DNA from: Fidelibacterota bacterium
Lineage (GTDB): Bacteria > Fidelibacterota > UBA8477 > JABMPR01
Reading direction: 5' to 3'
Length of the DNA stretch: 64,000 bases
Assembly: GCA_016844955.1 (NCBI GenBank)
Contig: JAERTH010000083.1
Span: 15,712-79,711, forward strand
Below, in pieces: positions 18,773-28,153 of this stretch (within the stretch, counting starts at the first letter, position 1; every line of letters begins with the position of its first letter). Both the position numbers and the translations under genes were made by a program. A model generated the notes under the pieces. The model was not told where the DNA came from. It searched no databases and saw nothing but the letters and a program-made list of their open reading frames with translations.

Positions 18773-19825
18773 ATGAAAAAAACAATCGTATTTCTTAGTT
18801 GTATCCTCCTGGTGATCACAATGGTCTCAGCTGAAGAAATCAACCGTGTTGGATCCACCAGTGCCAGTTTTCTTGAAATAGGGATGGGTAGTGCGCCTTC
18901 AGCCATGGGTGAGGCATATGTGGCCATGAGTGGTGACCTGTCTTCAGTATACTGGAATCCTGCAGGGGTTGCCTATCTGGAAAAAAGTGCTTTCACCATG
19001 ATGTACCAACCCTGGCTGGTTGACATTAACACTCTCTTTGCCAGTGGTGCCGTGGTGGTACCTACTATTGGTACCATCGCTATTTCCATGACTCAGGTGG
19101 GTTATGGTGAGATGCTGGTAACCAATCTGGCAAATCAGGATGGAACTGGTGAATTTTTTACGGCGAATGATTTTGCTGTTGGACTTACCTACGCCAGAAA
19201 AATTGCAAATTGGTTTTCCTTTGGTGCCACTGCCAAAATGATCAACTCTCAGATCTGGCACGAGAGTGCCTCGGCATTTGCCATGGATCTTGGGGTCATC
19301 GTCAAAACTCAATTCTTTGCACCGGGAGGTGAAAAAGGAAAAGGGTTGGATATTGGCATGAGTATTTCCAATTATGGAACCCGAATGCAGTATGATGGTA
19401 TTGATCTAATTCAACCCATTGACATCTCAATCGATGAAACTGGTAACTATGGAGATGTAATCGGTCAGTACAGAACCAATGAGTGGGAATTACCCCTCAT
19501 GTTCAGAATTGGCTTATCCTATAGCCCGATTCAAACCAGTTTTCAGACGCTGACCCTGGCAGTGGATGCCCTCCATCCCAATAATAATGCTGAGTCTATC
19601 AACCTGGGTGGACAGTGGGCATTGCGCGTGGCCAATAGTGGGAAATTCTATATCCGCGGTGGCTACAAAGCATTGTTCATGAAAGAATCCCAGTTTGGTC
19701 TCACCGCCGGTGGTGGTGTCGAGCTCTTTATGATGGGCAATCGATCAGTAATAGTTGATTATGCATTCAAAGAAGCCGGAATAATGGGTCGCACCCATGC
19801 GTACACCCTTGGGCTGACCTTCTAA
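18773..19825 (+). CDS. PorV/PorQ-family (FadL-like) outer-membrane beta-barrel protein
   Basis: 350-aa ORF with a signal peptide. N-terminal motif 'GSTSASFLEIGMGSAPSAMGEAYVAMSGDLSSVYWNPAGVA' matches my recollection of the PorV/PorQ family signature. Alternating beta-strand pattern. Aromatic C-terminal residue '...YTLGLTF'. Confidence 0.6.
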   Translation: MKKTIVFLSCILLVITMVSAEEINRVGSTSASFLEIGMGSAPSAMGEAYVAMSGDLSSVYWNPAGVAYLEKSAFTMMYQPWLVDINTLFASGAVVVPTIGTIAISMTQVGYGEMLVTNLANQDGTGEFFTANDFAVGLTYARKIANWFSFGATAKMINSQIWHESASAFAMDLGVIVKTQFFAPGGEKGKGLDIGMSISNYGTRMQYDGIDLIQPIDISIDETGNYGDVIGQYRTNEWELPLMFRIGLSYSPIQTSFQTLTLAVDALHPNNNAESINLGGQWALRVANSGKFYIRGGYKALFMKESQFGLTAGGGVELFMMGNRSVIVDYAFKEAGIMGRTHAYTLGLTF

Positions 19826-19828
19826 ATA

Positions 19829-21337
19829 ATGAAACATCTTTCTCTAAAAGCCGTCCTGATTATAATATTCGGGGCGGCTTTGTTGCTTTTATCCACCTGT
19901 GACAAACAACCAGAATTTGCCGGTAATGTCCTGGCGAAGGTTGGTGATCGTGTAATTACCAGTGAAGATTTTATGCGGCGGGCAGAATACACCATCCGTC
20001 CGGATTTCTGTGCCGGTGAAAATTATATCCACCGCAAAATTGTCTTAAACAGCCTCATTGCTGAAAAATTATTAGCGCTGGAATCGCCCAACTCCCCACT
20101 CCTGAATAACCCCGAATTCACAGCTTACATGCAGGGTCGGCAGGAACAGGCCATGCGCAAATGGCTATATAAGACGCAAGCCATGGATCAGGTTGAGATC
20201 GACACCAGTGAACTTCGCAGTGCTTTGCGAAAATCCATCCGAACCTATAACCTGCAATACTTGAACTTGCCTGATAGTCAGGCACTTGATGGCTGGAAAC
20301 ATGCACGGGCTGATGGGTATGATTTCGAAATACTCGCCCGAACCCTCACCGGTGCAGATACGATCCCGACCCATGAGATGTCCTGGTTCGAACGTGGGGA
20401 TGAATTGATTCATGATTATGTCTTCCAGAACGATCATAAAAAGGGTGCCCTGCTGGAGCCTCTGGAACTGGAGGATGGCAGCTTTATGATCATTAAGGTT
20501 GCAGGCTGGGTCGACCGTCCAGTGGTAAGCGGTCTTCAGTACGAACAGCATTACCAAGATGTTCAGGATCGCGTATCTCAGAAAAAAGCAGATGCCATTT
20601 ATAAGGATTACGTCACCAACATTATGGCTGGAAAATCACTTGAGCTGAACAAACCAATTTTTAGAGCTTACGCAAAACAGGCCGCTGATATTTATTTGAA
20701 GTCTCCTGAGGAGAAGGACCAGCTACTCAATAGTGCCATCTGGAACACAGAAGAACAAATCTATACTGAATCTCTCTCAGGTCATGCAGAAATACCTGGT
20801 GAAGCCACCATATTTAGTGTGGATGGTGAAGCCTGGTCGGTGGACCGCTTTGAGTCAGAACTGGCACTCCATCCGCTGGTGTTCAGAAAACGTAATATGA
20901 GCCACCGGGAGTTTCCAGAACAATTGAAATATGCCATGGCTGATCTGATTCGTGATAGGCAATTGACCAACGAGGCGTATAAACTCGGTTATGACGAGAT
21001 TCCTAACGTTAGACAACTTAAAAATATGTGGCAGGATCACTACGTCAGTCGACAGACTCGCAATGAATATGTGAGGTCCGAAATGTTGGCCAGTAAAGAC
21101 AGCACACAACGTTCAGAAGTTGCGGTGATTGAGATGTATATGAATCCTCTCATCGATCATCTCCAGAATAAATATGCTGAGGTAATCAGAATCAATACCG
21201 ACCTGTTTGAGAGTCTTGAATTGACGACTGTACCCATGATGGTGAGCAGTCGAAATGTACCCTTTCCCCTGGTTGTGCCTGCCTTTCCCAGATTGACTAC
21301 TGACAATGTCCTGGACTATGGTGAGCGGCTTGAATAG
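19829..21337 (+). CDS. Lipoprotein of unknown function (weak SurA/PpiD N-terminal chaperone-like start)
   Basis: 502-aa ORF. Lipobox-like 'LLLLSTCDK'. 'VLAKVGDRVITSEDFMRRAEY' resembles the N-terminal segment of SurA/PpiD-type chaperones. No parvulin motif seen. Confidence 0.3.
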   Translation: MKHLSLKAVLIIIFGAALLLLSTCDKQPEFAGNVLAKVGDRVITSEDFMRRAEYTIRPDFCAGENYIHRKIVLNSLIAEKLLALESPNSPLLNNPEFTAYMQGRQEQAMRKWLYKTQAMDQVEIDTSELRSALRKSIRTYNLQYLNLPDSQALDGWKHARADGYDFEILARTLTGADTIPTHEMSWFERGDELIHDYVFQNDHKKGALLEPLELEDGSFMIIKVAGWVDRPVVSGLQYEQHYQDVQDRVSQKKADAIYKDYVTNIMAGKSLELNKPIFRAYAKQAADIYLKSPEEKDQLLNSAIWNTEEQIYTESLSGHAEIPGEATIFSVDGEAWSVDRFESELALHPLVFRKRNMSHREFPEQLKYAMADLIRDRQLTNEAYKLGYDEIPNVRQLKNMWQDHYVSRQTRNEYVRSEMLASKDSTQRSEVAVIEMYMNPLIDHLQNKYAEVIRINTDLFESLELTTVPMMVSSRNVPFPLVVPAFPRLTTDNVLDYGERLE

Positions 21338-21353
21338 ATGCGTGTTAAATCGC

Positions 21354-23156
21354 ATGCCGTTGATGGTAGTCTGCCAGTTTATGCTGGTTGCCATGCTTCA
21401 GGGACAACAATATAGTGGCGCTGAGCTCCGCACCCTGGACAGTTTGCAGTATGGTCGTTTTGAAACCTCAATGCGCTCCTCCCAGGGAGATGGGTATCTC
21501 TCCAGCTTTTTTACCTACAATGATAAATATCCCGCCAGTAATTGGGCTGAAATAGATTTTGAAGTCCTCGGTCGTTGGCCCAACAATATCGATGTAAATA
21601 TTATCGATGAGCGGGGATCTCACCTGAGACAACATCCCACTGAGGTAAATGTCCACCTGGACTTCCATCGTTATGCATTTGAATGGACGCCTGATTATGT
21701 GGCCTGGTTCTTTGATGGTGAGGAGTTCTATCGTCAAACCGGTGACCATATCAGCACACTCTCGGAGCCAGGAAAACTGATGATGAACATCTGGACTCCA
21801 GCTTATACGGACTGGGTGGGGATCATGGATGATCGCATTCTCCCTCGATATGCACATTATGATTGGGTATCATACGCCAGCTACACACCGGATGCAGGTT
21901 CTGTGGGCACTGACTTGAATTTTACCCCCGTATGGACGGATTCATTTGATGTCTTTGATGAAAGCAGATGGGAAAAAAGCGATGGTCACACCTGGAATGG
22001 CAACAATGCGCTCCTGCTAGCAGAAAATATTGTTTATGAAAATGGTCACATGATTCTGTGTCTCACCCTGTCTGGAGAGGAGGGGATTCAAGATAATGAA
22101 GCCCCCGTTGCTCTCTCGGCCCGTGCTTTGACCATGGACTCCATTATTGTTCGTTATAGCGAATGGCTGGACCCAGTATCTGCTTCTACAGCGACTACCT
22201 TTGCTGTCCCCGGTACTTCTGTGCAATCAGCCACGCTGAATGAAGACAATATGACGGTTACCCTGAAATTGACACCCCCACTCACTGGTCCGGCAAATGT
22301 TTACGCCCTGGGTCTCAAGGATCTGGCATCCCCGGCCAATACCCAGATCGGAGCTCAGGTAGCGATTGATATGCCTGAACCGCTGGCTCTGCCCATTCGA
22401 ATTGATTGCGCTGGTCCGGGTCGCCAGGGTTTCTTACCCGATCAGCTCTGGAATTCCACTACCGAATATGGACATGAAGGTGGCAATTATCAGGAGGCCG
22501 TAAATTTTCCAGATTTGTCCAATACTGATCTGGATAGTGTAGTGGCGACTTCATTGAATCGCTACTCACGCTACCATGTAAGATTGGCACCGGGTGTATT
22601 CGACATCCAGCTCCATTTTGCTGAACACGCCTACCATGAGTCCGGTGTTCGGACCTTTGAACTCTTTGTTGAGGATTCCCTGGTGGTAGCCGAATTGGAC
22701 GTATTTGATCTGGCCGGGAATTCAGCTGTCTACACTGTAAATCTGGGTAACTGGCTTATTACGGACGGAACCCTGGATATTATTGGTGCCGCCCTCGAAT
22801 ATGGAGCAGGTTATGTCTATGCCGGTCCTGTAATTAATGCCATTGAAATTAATGGTGAGTACCTGGTGGGGCTGGATGAAATCGAGCTACCTGAGGAATT
22901 TGGGATGCAAATGATTTATCCCAATCCCTTTAACAGTACCACCCATTTGGATTTCACATTGCCCTTCACCCAATCGGTTAATTTTACATTGTATAATCTC
23001 AGGGGTGAGCAGATGATGGACATAGAAGACCATATCTATACTGCAGGACAACATACCCTGAGCTTGAATGCCGGTGATCTGGCAAGTGGGTTGTATATTG
23101 TTGAAATGCAGTGTCCAGCATTCCAACAAAATCGCAAAATCCTTTACCTGAAATAG
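21354..23156 (+). CDS. GH16 beta-glucanase (lichenase-like active site) + malectin-like domain + T9SS CTD
   Basis: The track ORF starts at 21306, overlapping the upstream gene. I prefer Met at 21354 (MPLMVVCQFMLVAMLQG signal). GH16 'YGRFETSMRS' and catalytic 'WAEIDFEVLG' (ExDxxE). Malectin-like 'IDCAGPG...FDIQLHFAEHAYHESGVRTFELFV'. CTD 'IYPNPFNSTT...GLYIVEMQ...RKILYLK'. Confidence 0.85.
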   Translation: MPLMVVCQFMLVAMLQGQQYSGAELRTLDSLQYGRFETSMRSSQGDGYLSSFFTYNDKYPASNWAEIDFEVLGRWPNNIDVNIIDERGSHLRQHPTEVNVHLDFHRYAFEWTPDYVAWFFDGEEFYRQTGDHISTLSEPGKLMMNIWTPAYTDWVGIMDDRILPRYAHYDWVSYASYTPDAGSVGTDLNFTPVWTDSFDVFDESRWEKSDGHTWNGNNALLLAENIVYENGHMILCLTLSGEEGIQDNEAPVALSARALTMDSIIVRYSEWLDPVSASTATTFAVPGTSVQSATLNEDNMTVTLKLTPPLTGPANVYALGLKDLASPANTQIGAQVAIDMPEPLALPIRIDCAGPGRQGFLPDQLWNSTTEYGHEGGNYQEAVNFPDLSNTDLDSVVATSLNRYSRYHVRLAPGVFDIQLHFAEHAYHESGVRTFELFVEDSLVVAELDVFDLAGNSAVYTVNLGNWLITDGTLDIIGAALEYGAGYVYAGPVINAIEINGEYLVGLDEIELPEEFGMQMIYPNPFNSTTHLDFTLPFTQSVNFTLYNLRGEQMMDIEDHIYTAGQHTLSLNAGDLASGLYIVEMQCPAFQQNRKILYLK

Positions 23157-23163
23157 AGACCCC

Positions 23164-24240
23164 ATGAAAAAAAATATATTCTACAAATCGCTCCTACTCA
23201 TACTTCTGGCAACATTTGTATCTGCCAAGGCTTATCGTGGAGCAGAGCTTCGCACCATAGATAGCTACCGTTATGGTCGCTTCGAGACCCGCATGAAATC
23301 AGCTCCAAATTCTGGAGTCGTATCCAGCATGTTCACCTATCACGAGTTGGGATCAGCCGGGGTTGAGGATTGGTGTGAGGTTGATATTGAATTTCTGGGT
23401 CGTTACACAGACAAGGTGCAATTCAATACCATCACCAATTGGGAAGAAAGCCATGAGCACCTCCATGAACTGGATTATGACCCCGCCACAGAATTCCACG
23501 TGTATGCTTTTGAATGGACCCCCAACTATGTAGCCTGGTTTGTAGATGGGGAAGAGGTATTCCGGCAAACCGGTGGGCATATTACCCTCATGGATCGGGC
23601 CGCCAAATTCATGATGAACATCTGGCCACCCAATTATCCTGACTGGGTCGGTAATTTCAATTCAGCCGATCTACCCAGCTATGCCATCTATGACTGGGCC
23701 CGCTACTATGCTTATGTACCAGGTACTGGCAACACGGGAACAGGCAATGACTTTATTCAACTCTGGCATGATGACTTTGAAAGTTGGAACACCAGCCGCT
23801 GGCAAAAGGCCACCCACACCTGGGACGGTAACAATTGCGACTTTATTCATGCCAATGCAGTCTTCCAGGGAGGTTTTTTCATTCTGTGTCTGACCACTCC
23901 CACTGCCACCGGTTACCGTGGACCGACCTTGCCCGTGGATAGCGAGCAGGGAGCCTTGCCCGAAAAGATTCATTTATCCCCGGCCTATCCCAATCCTTTT
24001 AACGGAACTACCAACTTCACTTTCGAACATCTCGAACCTGGATCTCTGACCATGGATATCATTGATACGCAAGGCCAAATCCTATCCAGCCGGGTATTTA
24101 ACAAATCTGCAGGTGGGTTTACCAGTTTGAGTTGGGATGGCAACAATGATCTGGGGCATGCCGTACCCAGCGGATCCTATATCTGTCGTGTGAGAGATAA
24201 AGATGGTGCCGTCAGTCGTAAACTACTGCTGCTAAAATGA
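23164..24240 (+). CDS. GH16 beta-1,3-1,4/1,3-glucanase (lichenase-like) + T9SS CTD
   Basis: 358-aa ORF with a signal peptide. 'YGRFETRMKS'. 'WCEVDIEFLGRYTDKVQFNTITNW' closely mirrors the Bacillus lichenase motif [22 protein letters not shown]. CTD 'AYPNPFNGTTNFTF...GSYICRVRD...RKLLLLK'. Confidence 0.85.
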   Translation: MKKNIFYKSLLLILLATFVSAKAYRGAELRTIDSYRYGRFETRMKSAPNSGVVSSMFTYHELGSAGVEDWCEVDIEFLGRYTDKVQFNTITNWEESHEHLHELDYDPATEFHVYAFEWTPNYVAWFVDGEEVFRQTGGHITLMDRAAKFMMNIWPPNYPDWVGNFNSADLPSYAIYDWARYYAYVPGTGNTGTGNDFIQLWHDDFESWNTSRWQKATHTWDGNNCDFIHANAVFQGGFFILCLTTPTATGYRGPTLPVDSEQGALPEKIHLSPAYPNPFNGTTNFTFEHLEPGSLTMDIIDTQGQILSSRVFNKSAGGFTSLSWDGNNDLGHAVPSGSYICRVRDKDGAVSRKLLLLK

Positions 24241-25046
24241 GTTTTCAGCGCATAGGCGCCGCTCACTTACTGCTCATGACTCTGAGCCTCATGTTGATTA
24301 TTCAATGTGAGGAAAACCCTGAACCAGAAGACGAAACCCCCAATCCTTATCAGCGTGAGGGTTGGACATTAACCTGGCATGATGAATTTAATGGGGATGT
24401 TGTTGATACCTCGAAATGGGTGATTGCTGATGGGTATTGGTCTCATAACGGGGAAGAACAATACTATGCACCGGATGATGTCTACCCGGAGGATGGGAAG
24501 CTACGTCTACGTTCTCAATATCGACCATACGGGGAGCAATCCTTCACTTCTGGTCATGTGCATTCCCACTATTACCAACGCTATGGTCGTATCGATATAA
24601 GTGCTCGACTACCAGGCACCAAGGGGATGTGGCCAGCGCTCTGGTTGCTACCCAAGAATCCAGGTTGGCCACCTGAGATAGACATTTTAGAACTACTTGG
24701 TCATGATCCAAACACCATTCATATGTCCGCACACTGGGGACCAGTGCCACATGGCGTTAAACCCTGGGATATAGAGCAGATTGCCACTGGCCATTTTACA
24801 GGACCAGATTTTACAGCAGATTTTCATCTTTTCAGCCTGGAATGGTATCCTGACAGTCTGAGATGGCTGGTAGATGATGTGGTCAGGTTTAAGAGTGAAA
24901 TTGGTATACCCCATGAGGAAATGTACTTGATCATGAATACAGCAATCGGTGGGTTTTGGCCTGGATCTCCAGACAATACCACCATTTTACCCCAATATCA
25001 TGATATAGAATATGTGAGAATTTATGAACAAGCTAAAGCAAATTAA
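24237..25046 (+). CDS. GH16 laminarinase-type endo-beta-1,3-glucanase, lipoprotein
   Basis: 269-aa ORF whose ATGA start overlaps the previous stop. 'GRIDISARLPGTKGMWPALWLLP' and catalytic 'WPPEIDILELLG' (GH16_3-like ExDxxE). Lipobox-like 'LIIQC'. No CTD. Confidence 0.85.
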   Translation: MSFQRIGAAHLLLMTLSLMLIIQCEENPEPEDETPNPYQREGWTLTWHDEFNGDVVDTSKWVIADGYWSHNGEEQYYAPDDVYPEDGKLRLRSQYRPYGEQSFTSGHVHSHYYQRYGRIDISARLPGTKGMWPALWLLPKNPGWPPEIDILELLGHDPNTIHMSAHWGPVPHGVKPWDIEQIATGHFTGPDFTADFHLFSLEWYPDSLRWLVDDVVRFKSEIGIPHEEMYLIMNTAIGGFWPGSPDNTTILPQYHDIEYVRIYEQAKAN

Positions 25047-26994
25047 AATTTTTTTGCTCATTCTGGTGGTGGCCACCAACCTTCAGGCGTTTATCCACGC
25101 TGAGGGAACAAATTTAGTAGACGCAGATGGCAACCCGGCACTACTAAGGGGTATGGGTCTGGGAGGCTGGCTGGTTCCTGAAGGCTACATGCTGCACACC
25201 CCAGGCATGGGATCTCCAACCAGTATCCGGGCACAAATAGTTGATGTTCTGGGAGAGCCCGGCGCTCAGGAGTTTTATGCTGCCTATCATGAAAATTATG
25301 TCACCCGTGAAGATATTGCCGAGTTGGCAGAATGGGGCTTTGACCATGTACGCATGCCATTCCACTACAATATGTTTTCACCAGCACGTGGTGTATGGAG
25401 CGAATGGGGCTTTGAGGTCACCGATTCTCTAATTGCCTGGTGTTCTGATGTAGGGATGCATGTGGTTCTGGACATGCATTGTGCCCCTGGCGGCCAGAAT
25501 GGGGGTCCTATCAGCGATAGCGATGGTACGGCAAGGTTGTGGCTGGCAGACTCAAATAAATCCCATACCATCGAAATCTGGGAGGCTATTGCAGAGCGTT
25601 ATGTGGATGAACCCTGGATAGGGGGGTATGATCTGCTCAATGAACCCGTCCTACCTGATGGAGTTACCGGACAGGATTTACGATCATTATACGTAAACAT
25701 TAGAAATGTCATTCGAGGTGTGGACAACAATCACCACCTGTTTATCGAGGGCAATTGGTATGCTACCGACTTTTCCGGTCTGACCCCCATTTTTGACTTA
25801 AATATGTCCTACAGCTTCCATAAATATTGGAGTACTAACGATTATGCATCTATTCAAGGGTTCATTGCCTTGAGTAATCAAACCAACACACCGCTCTGGA
25901 TGAGTGAAACGGGCGAAAACTCAAATACATGGTTTCACGACGCGGTTCAGCTCTTCGAAGCCAACAATATCGGGTGGTGCTGGTGGACCACCAAAAAAGT
26001 GGATACCATCACCTCGCCTTATTCTGCAAATCGACCCGCTGGTTACCAGCAACTCCTGGATTACTGGGGAGGATCTGGTCCCAAGCCAAGCGCTGCCGCG
26101 GCACAGGTGATTCTCACTGAATTGGCAGAGAATCTGAAGACGGAGAACTGTCGCTTCAGTCCTGGCATTGTGGCTTCCTGGTTCAGTCCTGTTTATGCCA
26201 GTGAAAATGTGCCTCTGAAAGCGCATAATATCCCGGGGACCATTCTGACAGCGGACTATGATATCGGCGCGCAGGGTGTTGCCTATCAGGACAATGTCTA
26301 TGAAACCACCCAATGGGACAATTACACCGCCTGGAACAGTGGTCATCAATATCGCAATGATGGCGTCGATCTGGAAATTGGCAGTTCTGGAATACCCAAT
26401 GTGGGCTGGACTGAAGTAGGGGAATGGTTGAAGTACACCTTCACCGCAGCTTCAAGTGGTCTGTATAGTATGAGTATTGAAATCGCCAGCCCTGATGGAG
26501 CAGGTCAATTGAGACTTTATCTTGACAATGAGTTATTGACCACGATTACAGATCCTCCAGATACAGGAGGGTGGTCTGATTATGAGCCCCTGGTGGTGGA
26601 AGGTCTAAGCATTGGTAGTGGTGAACATGAGCTACGGTTGGAAATTCTTGAATCCGGGTTCAATATGCGAGCAATGATGTTCACTCTGGATTCCGTGCAT
26701 ACTGATCCTGAGTTGCCTGAATCGTTTTACTTGGGACAAAATTTCCCCAACCCATTTAACAATGGCACCACTATTCAAGTGGATGTCTTTTCAGCAAGTC
26801 AGGTCCAGGTTGATATTCTTGATCTCAAGGGGCGTATCCAAAAAACATTCTTTCGTGATCAATTGACTGCTGACTATGAATTAAATTGGAACGGTTCAAA
26901 TGTTGATGGTGCATTTGTGCCTGCAGGTGTTTATTTATATCGGGCACAATCAGGGGATGTCCAGCAAACCAGAAAAATGTTGTACCTTCCTTGA
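25024..26994 (+). CDS. GH5 beta-glucanase (exo-beta-1,3-glucanase-like) + CBM6-like domain + T9SS CTD
   Basis: 656-aa ORF with a signal peptide. 'HVRMPFHYN'. 'LDMHCAPGGQNGGPISDSDG' compares with fungal Exg 'LDLHGAPGSQNGFDNSG'. Acid/base 'GGYDLLNEP'. Nucleophile region 'LWMSETGE'. CBM6-like 'ADYDIGAQGVAYQD...WLKYTFTA'. CTD 'NFPNPFNNGTT...GVYLYRAQSG...RKMLYLP'. Confidence 0.8.
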   Translation: MNKLKQIKIFLLILVVATNLQAFIHAEGTNLVDADGNPALLRGMGLGGWLVPEGYMLHTPGMGSPTSIRAQIVDVLGEPGAQEFYAAYHENYVTREDIAELAEWGFDHVRMPFHYNMFSPARGVWSEWGFEVTDSLIAWCSDVGMHVVLDMHCAPGGQNGGPISDSDGTARLWLADSNKSHTIEIWEAIAERYVDEPWIGGYDLLNEPVLPDGVTGQDLRSLYVNIRNVIRGVDNNHHLFIEGNWYATDFSGLTPIFDLNMSYSFHKYWSTNDYASIQGFIALSNQTNTPLWMSETGENSNTWFHDAVQLFEANNIGWCWWTTKKVDTITSPYSANRPAGYQQLLDYWGGSGPKPSAAAAQVILTELAENLKTENCRFSPGIVASWFSPVYASENVPLKAHNIPGTILTADYDIGAQGVAYQDNVYETTQWDNYTAWNSGHQYRNDGVDLEIGSSGIPNVGWTEVGEWLKYTFTAASSGLYSMSIEIASPDGAGQLRLYLDNELLTTITDPPDTGGWSDYEPLVVEGLSIGSGEHELRLEILESGFNMRAMMFTLDSVHTDPELPESFYLGQNFPNPFNNGTTIQVDVFSASQVQVDILDLKGRIQKTFFRDQLTADYELNWNGSNVDGAFVPAGVYLYRAQSGDVQQTRKMLYLP

Positions 26995-27098
26995 TTAAAA
27001 ACCAATGTTTTAAAATTTTCTGCAAAGGTTTTTGAGCAAATAGCGTCTCATCTGTTGACAGGTGCAGACACCGCAATAATCTGGGGAATTGGTATCGA

Positions 27099-28145
27099 AT
27101 GAAAGTGAAGCACAACAAAACAACAGGGTATATAGGATTGGCAGCAGTACTTGTACTGGTGCTATTGTTTATCCCATTCCCACAGGGGAGCACCCAGAAG
27201 GCTGTAGTCATGCCCTCTGCTGAGTTTCAAGTGACAGCAAGTGGGGCAGGCGGTTTTTCCAGTATTTTCACTGATTTGTGGAACAACCACATCTTGTCAT
27301 CAAAAGATTTTATACCCCAACGCGGTGGAGTGATCCAGTATGAGCGCAACCTGGAATTACGTTCTGAAACGGTTGATTCTGGAGATACACTGGGATGGCT
27401 GATTTCAAGTTCAGTCCTGGACAGAATCATCACCCTGGAAGGCAATATCAGCACCCTGAAAGCCAACCTTGAATTTGAACAGTCCGGAAGCAGGCAAACC
27501 GTAATTCAGGCTGCCAGACTACAGTTGGATTATGCCAGAACCCGCCACGCCGAGCAGCTGAAAATTTTGGATAGATCAGCCGCCATGTTGGAAAGCGGTA
27601 TCATCACCCAGGAAGAATTTGAGCAGGATCAACGGCGCGAGCGACTGAATGCTATTCGCATTTCTATTGCTGAAGCTGAACTGGGATCTGCCCTTTCGGG
27701 ATCAAAATCCAGCAAGCTGGATATCTACCGCACGCAGATAGCTGATGAGGAGCGTAAACTGGAGTTGGCTAGAGAAACGCTGGCTTCCATGACGCTCGTC
27801 AGTCCAATTTCTGGAAAACTAAATTACGCCGAGGATACCGATATACTGTTTACTCTGGGAAAATTGGACACAGTGCTTGTGTTGGTTCCCCTGGATGGGG
27901 CTACTTATAGCATGTCGGAGTGGACTTCTGACCTAAGCCTGTCGGGAACAGACTTTTCAGTGGTTCTGACACCTGATCAGGTGAAGGTGACGGAACAAAT
28001 TTTGGGATCTGGTACCAACCAGATGGTTCTTATCCGAGCCAGACTGCCCAACCCCCATGGCACATTAATTCCAGGTCAATTTTTAGAAGCCTCACTGAAG
28101 TTCAGAGCCAAAAGTGTATTTCAAATTCTGAAAGCCATGTTTTAG
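27099..28145 (+). CDS. Membrane-fusion-protein-like (HlyD-type coiled-coil periplasmic adaptor) protein
   Basis: 348-aa ORF with an N-terminal TM helix (IGLAAVLVLVLLFIPF). Long coiled-coil region (QAARLQLDYARTRHAEQLKILD...EEFEQDQRRERLNAIRISIAEAEL). Lipoyl/beta-barrel-type 'LVSPISGKLNY'. Confidence 0.5.
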   Translation: MKVKHNKTTGYIGLAAVLVLVLLFIPFPQGSTQKAVVMPSAEFQVTASGAGGFSSIFTDLWNNHILSSKDFIPQRGGVIQYERNLELRSETVDSGDTLGWLISSSVLDRIITLEGNISTLKANLEFEQSGSRQTVIQAARLQLDYARTRHAEQLKILDRSAAMLESGIITQEEFEQDQRRERLNAIRISIAEAELGSALSGSKSSKLDIYRTQIADEERKLELARETLASMTLVSPISGKLNYAEDTDILFTLGKLDTVLVLVPLDGATYSMSEWTSDLSLSGTDFSVVLTPDQVKVTEQILGSGTNQMVLIRARLPNPHGTLIPGQFLEASLKFRAKSVFQILKAMF

Positions 28146-28153
28146 GAAACAGC

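Noticed and set aside
27055-27082. Sigma-70-like TTGACA-N16-TAATCT upstream of the MFP-like gene.
   Set aside because: It would leave only a ~10-nt leader without an SD before ATG 27099. The housekeeping promoter consensus of this lineage is unknown, and FCB bacteria often use a different -33/-7 consensus.
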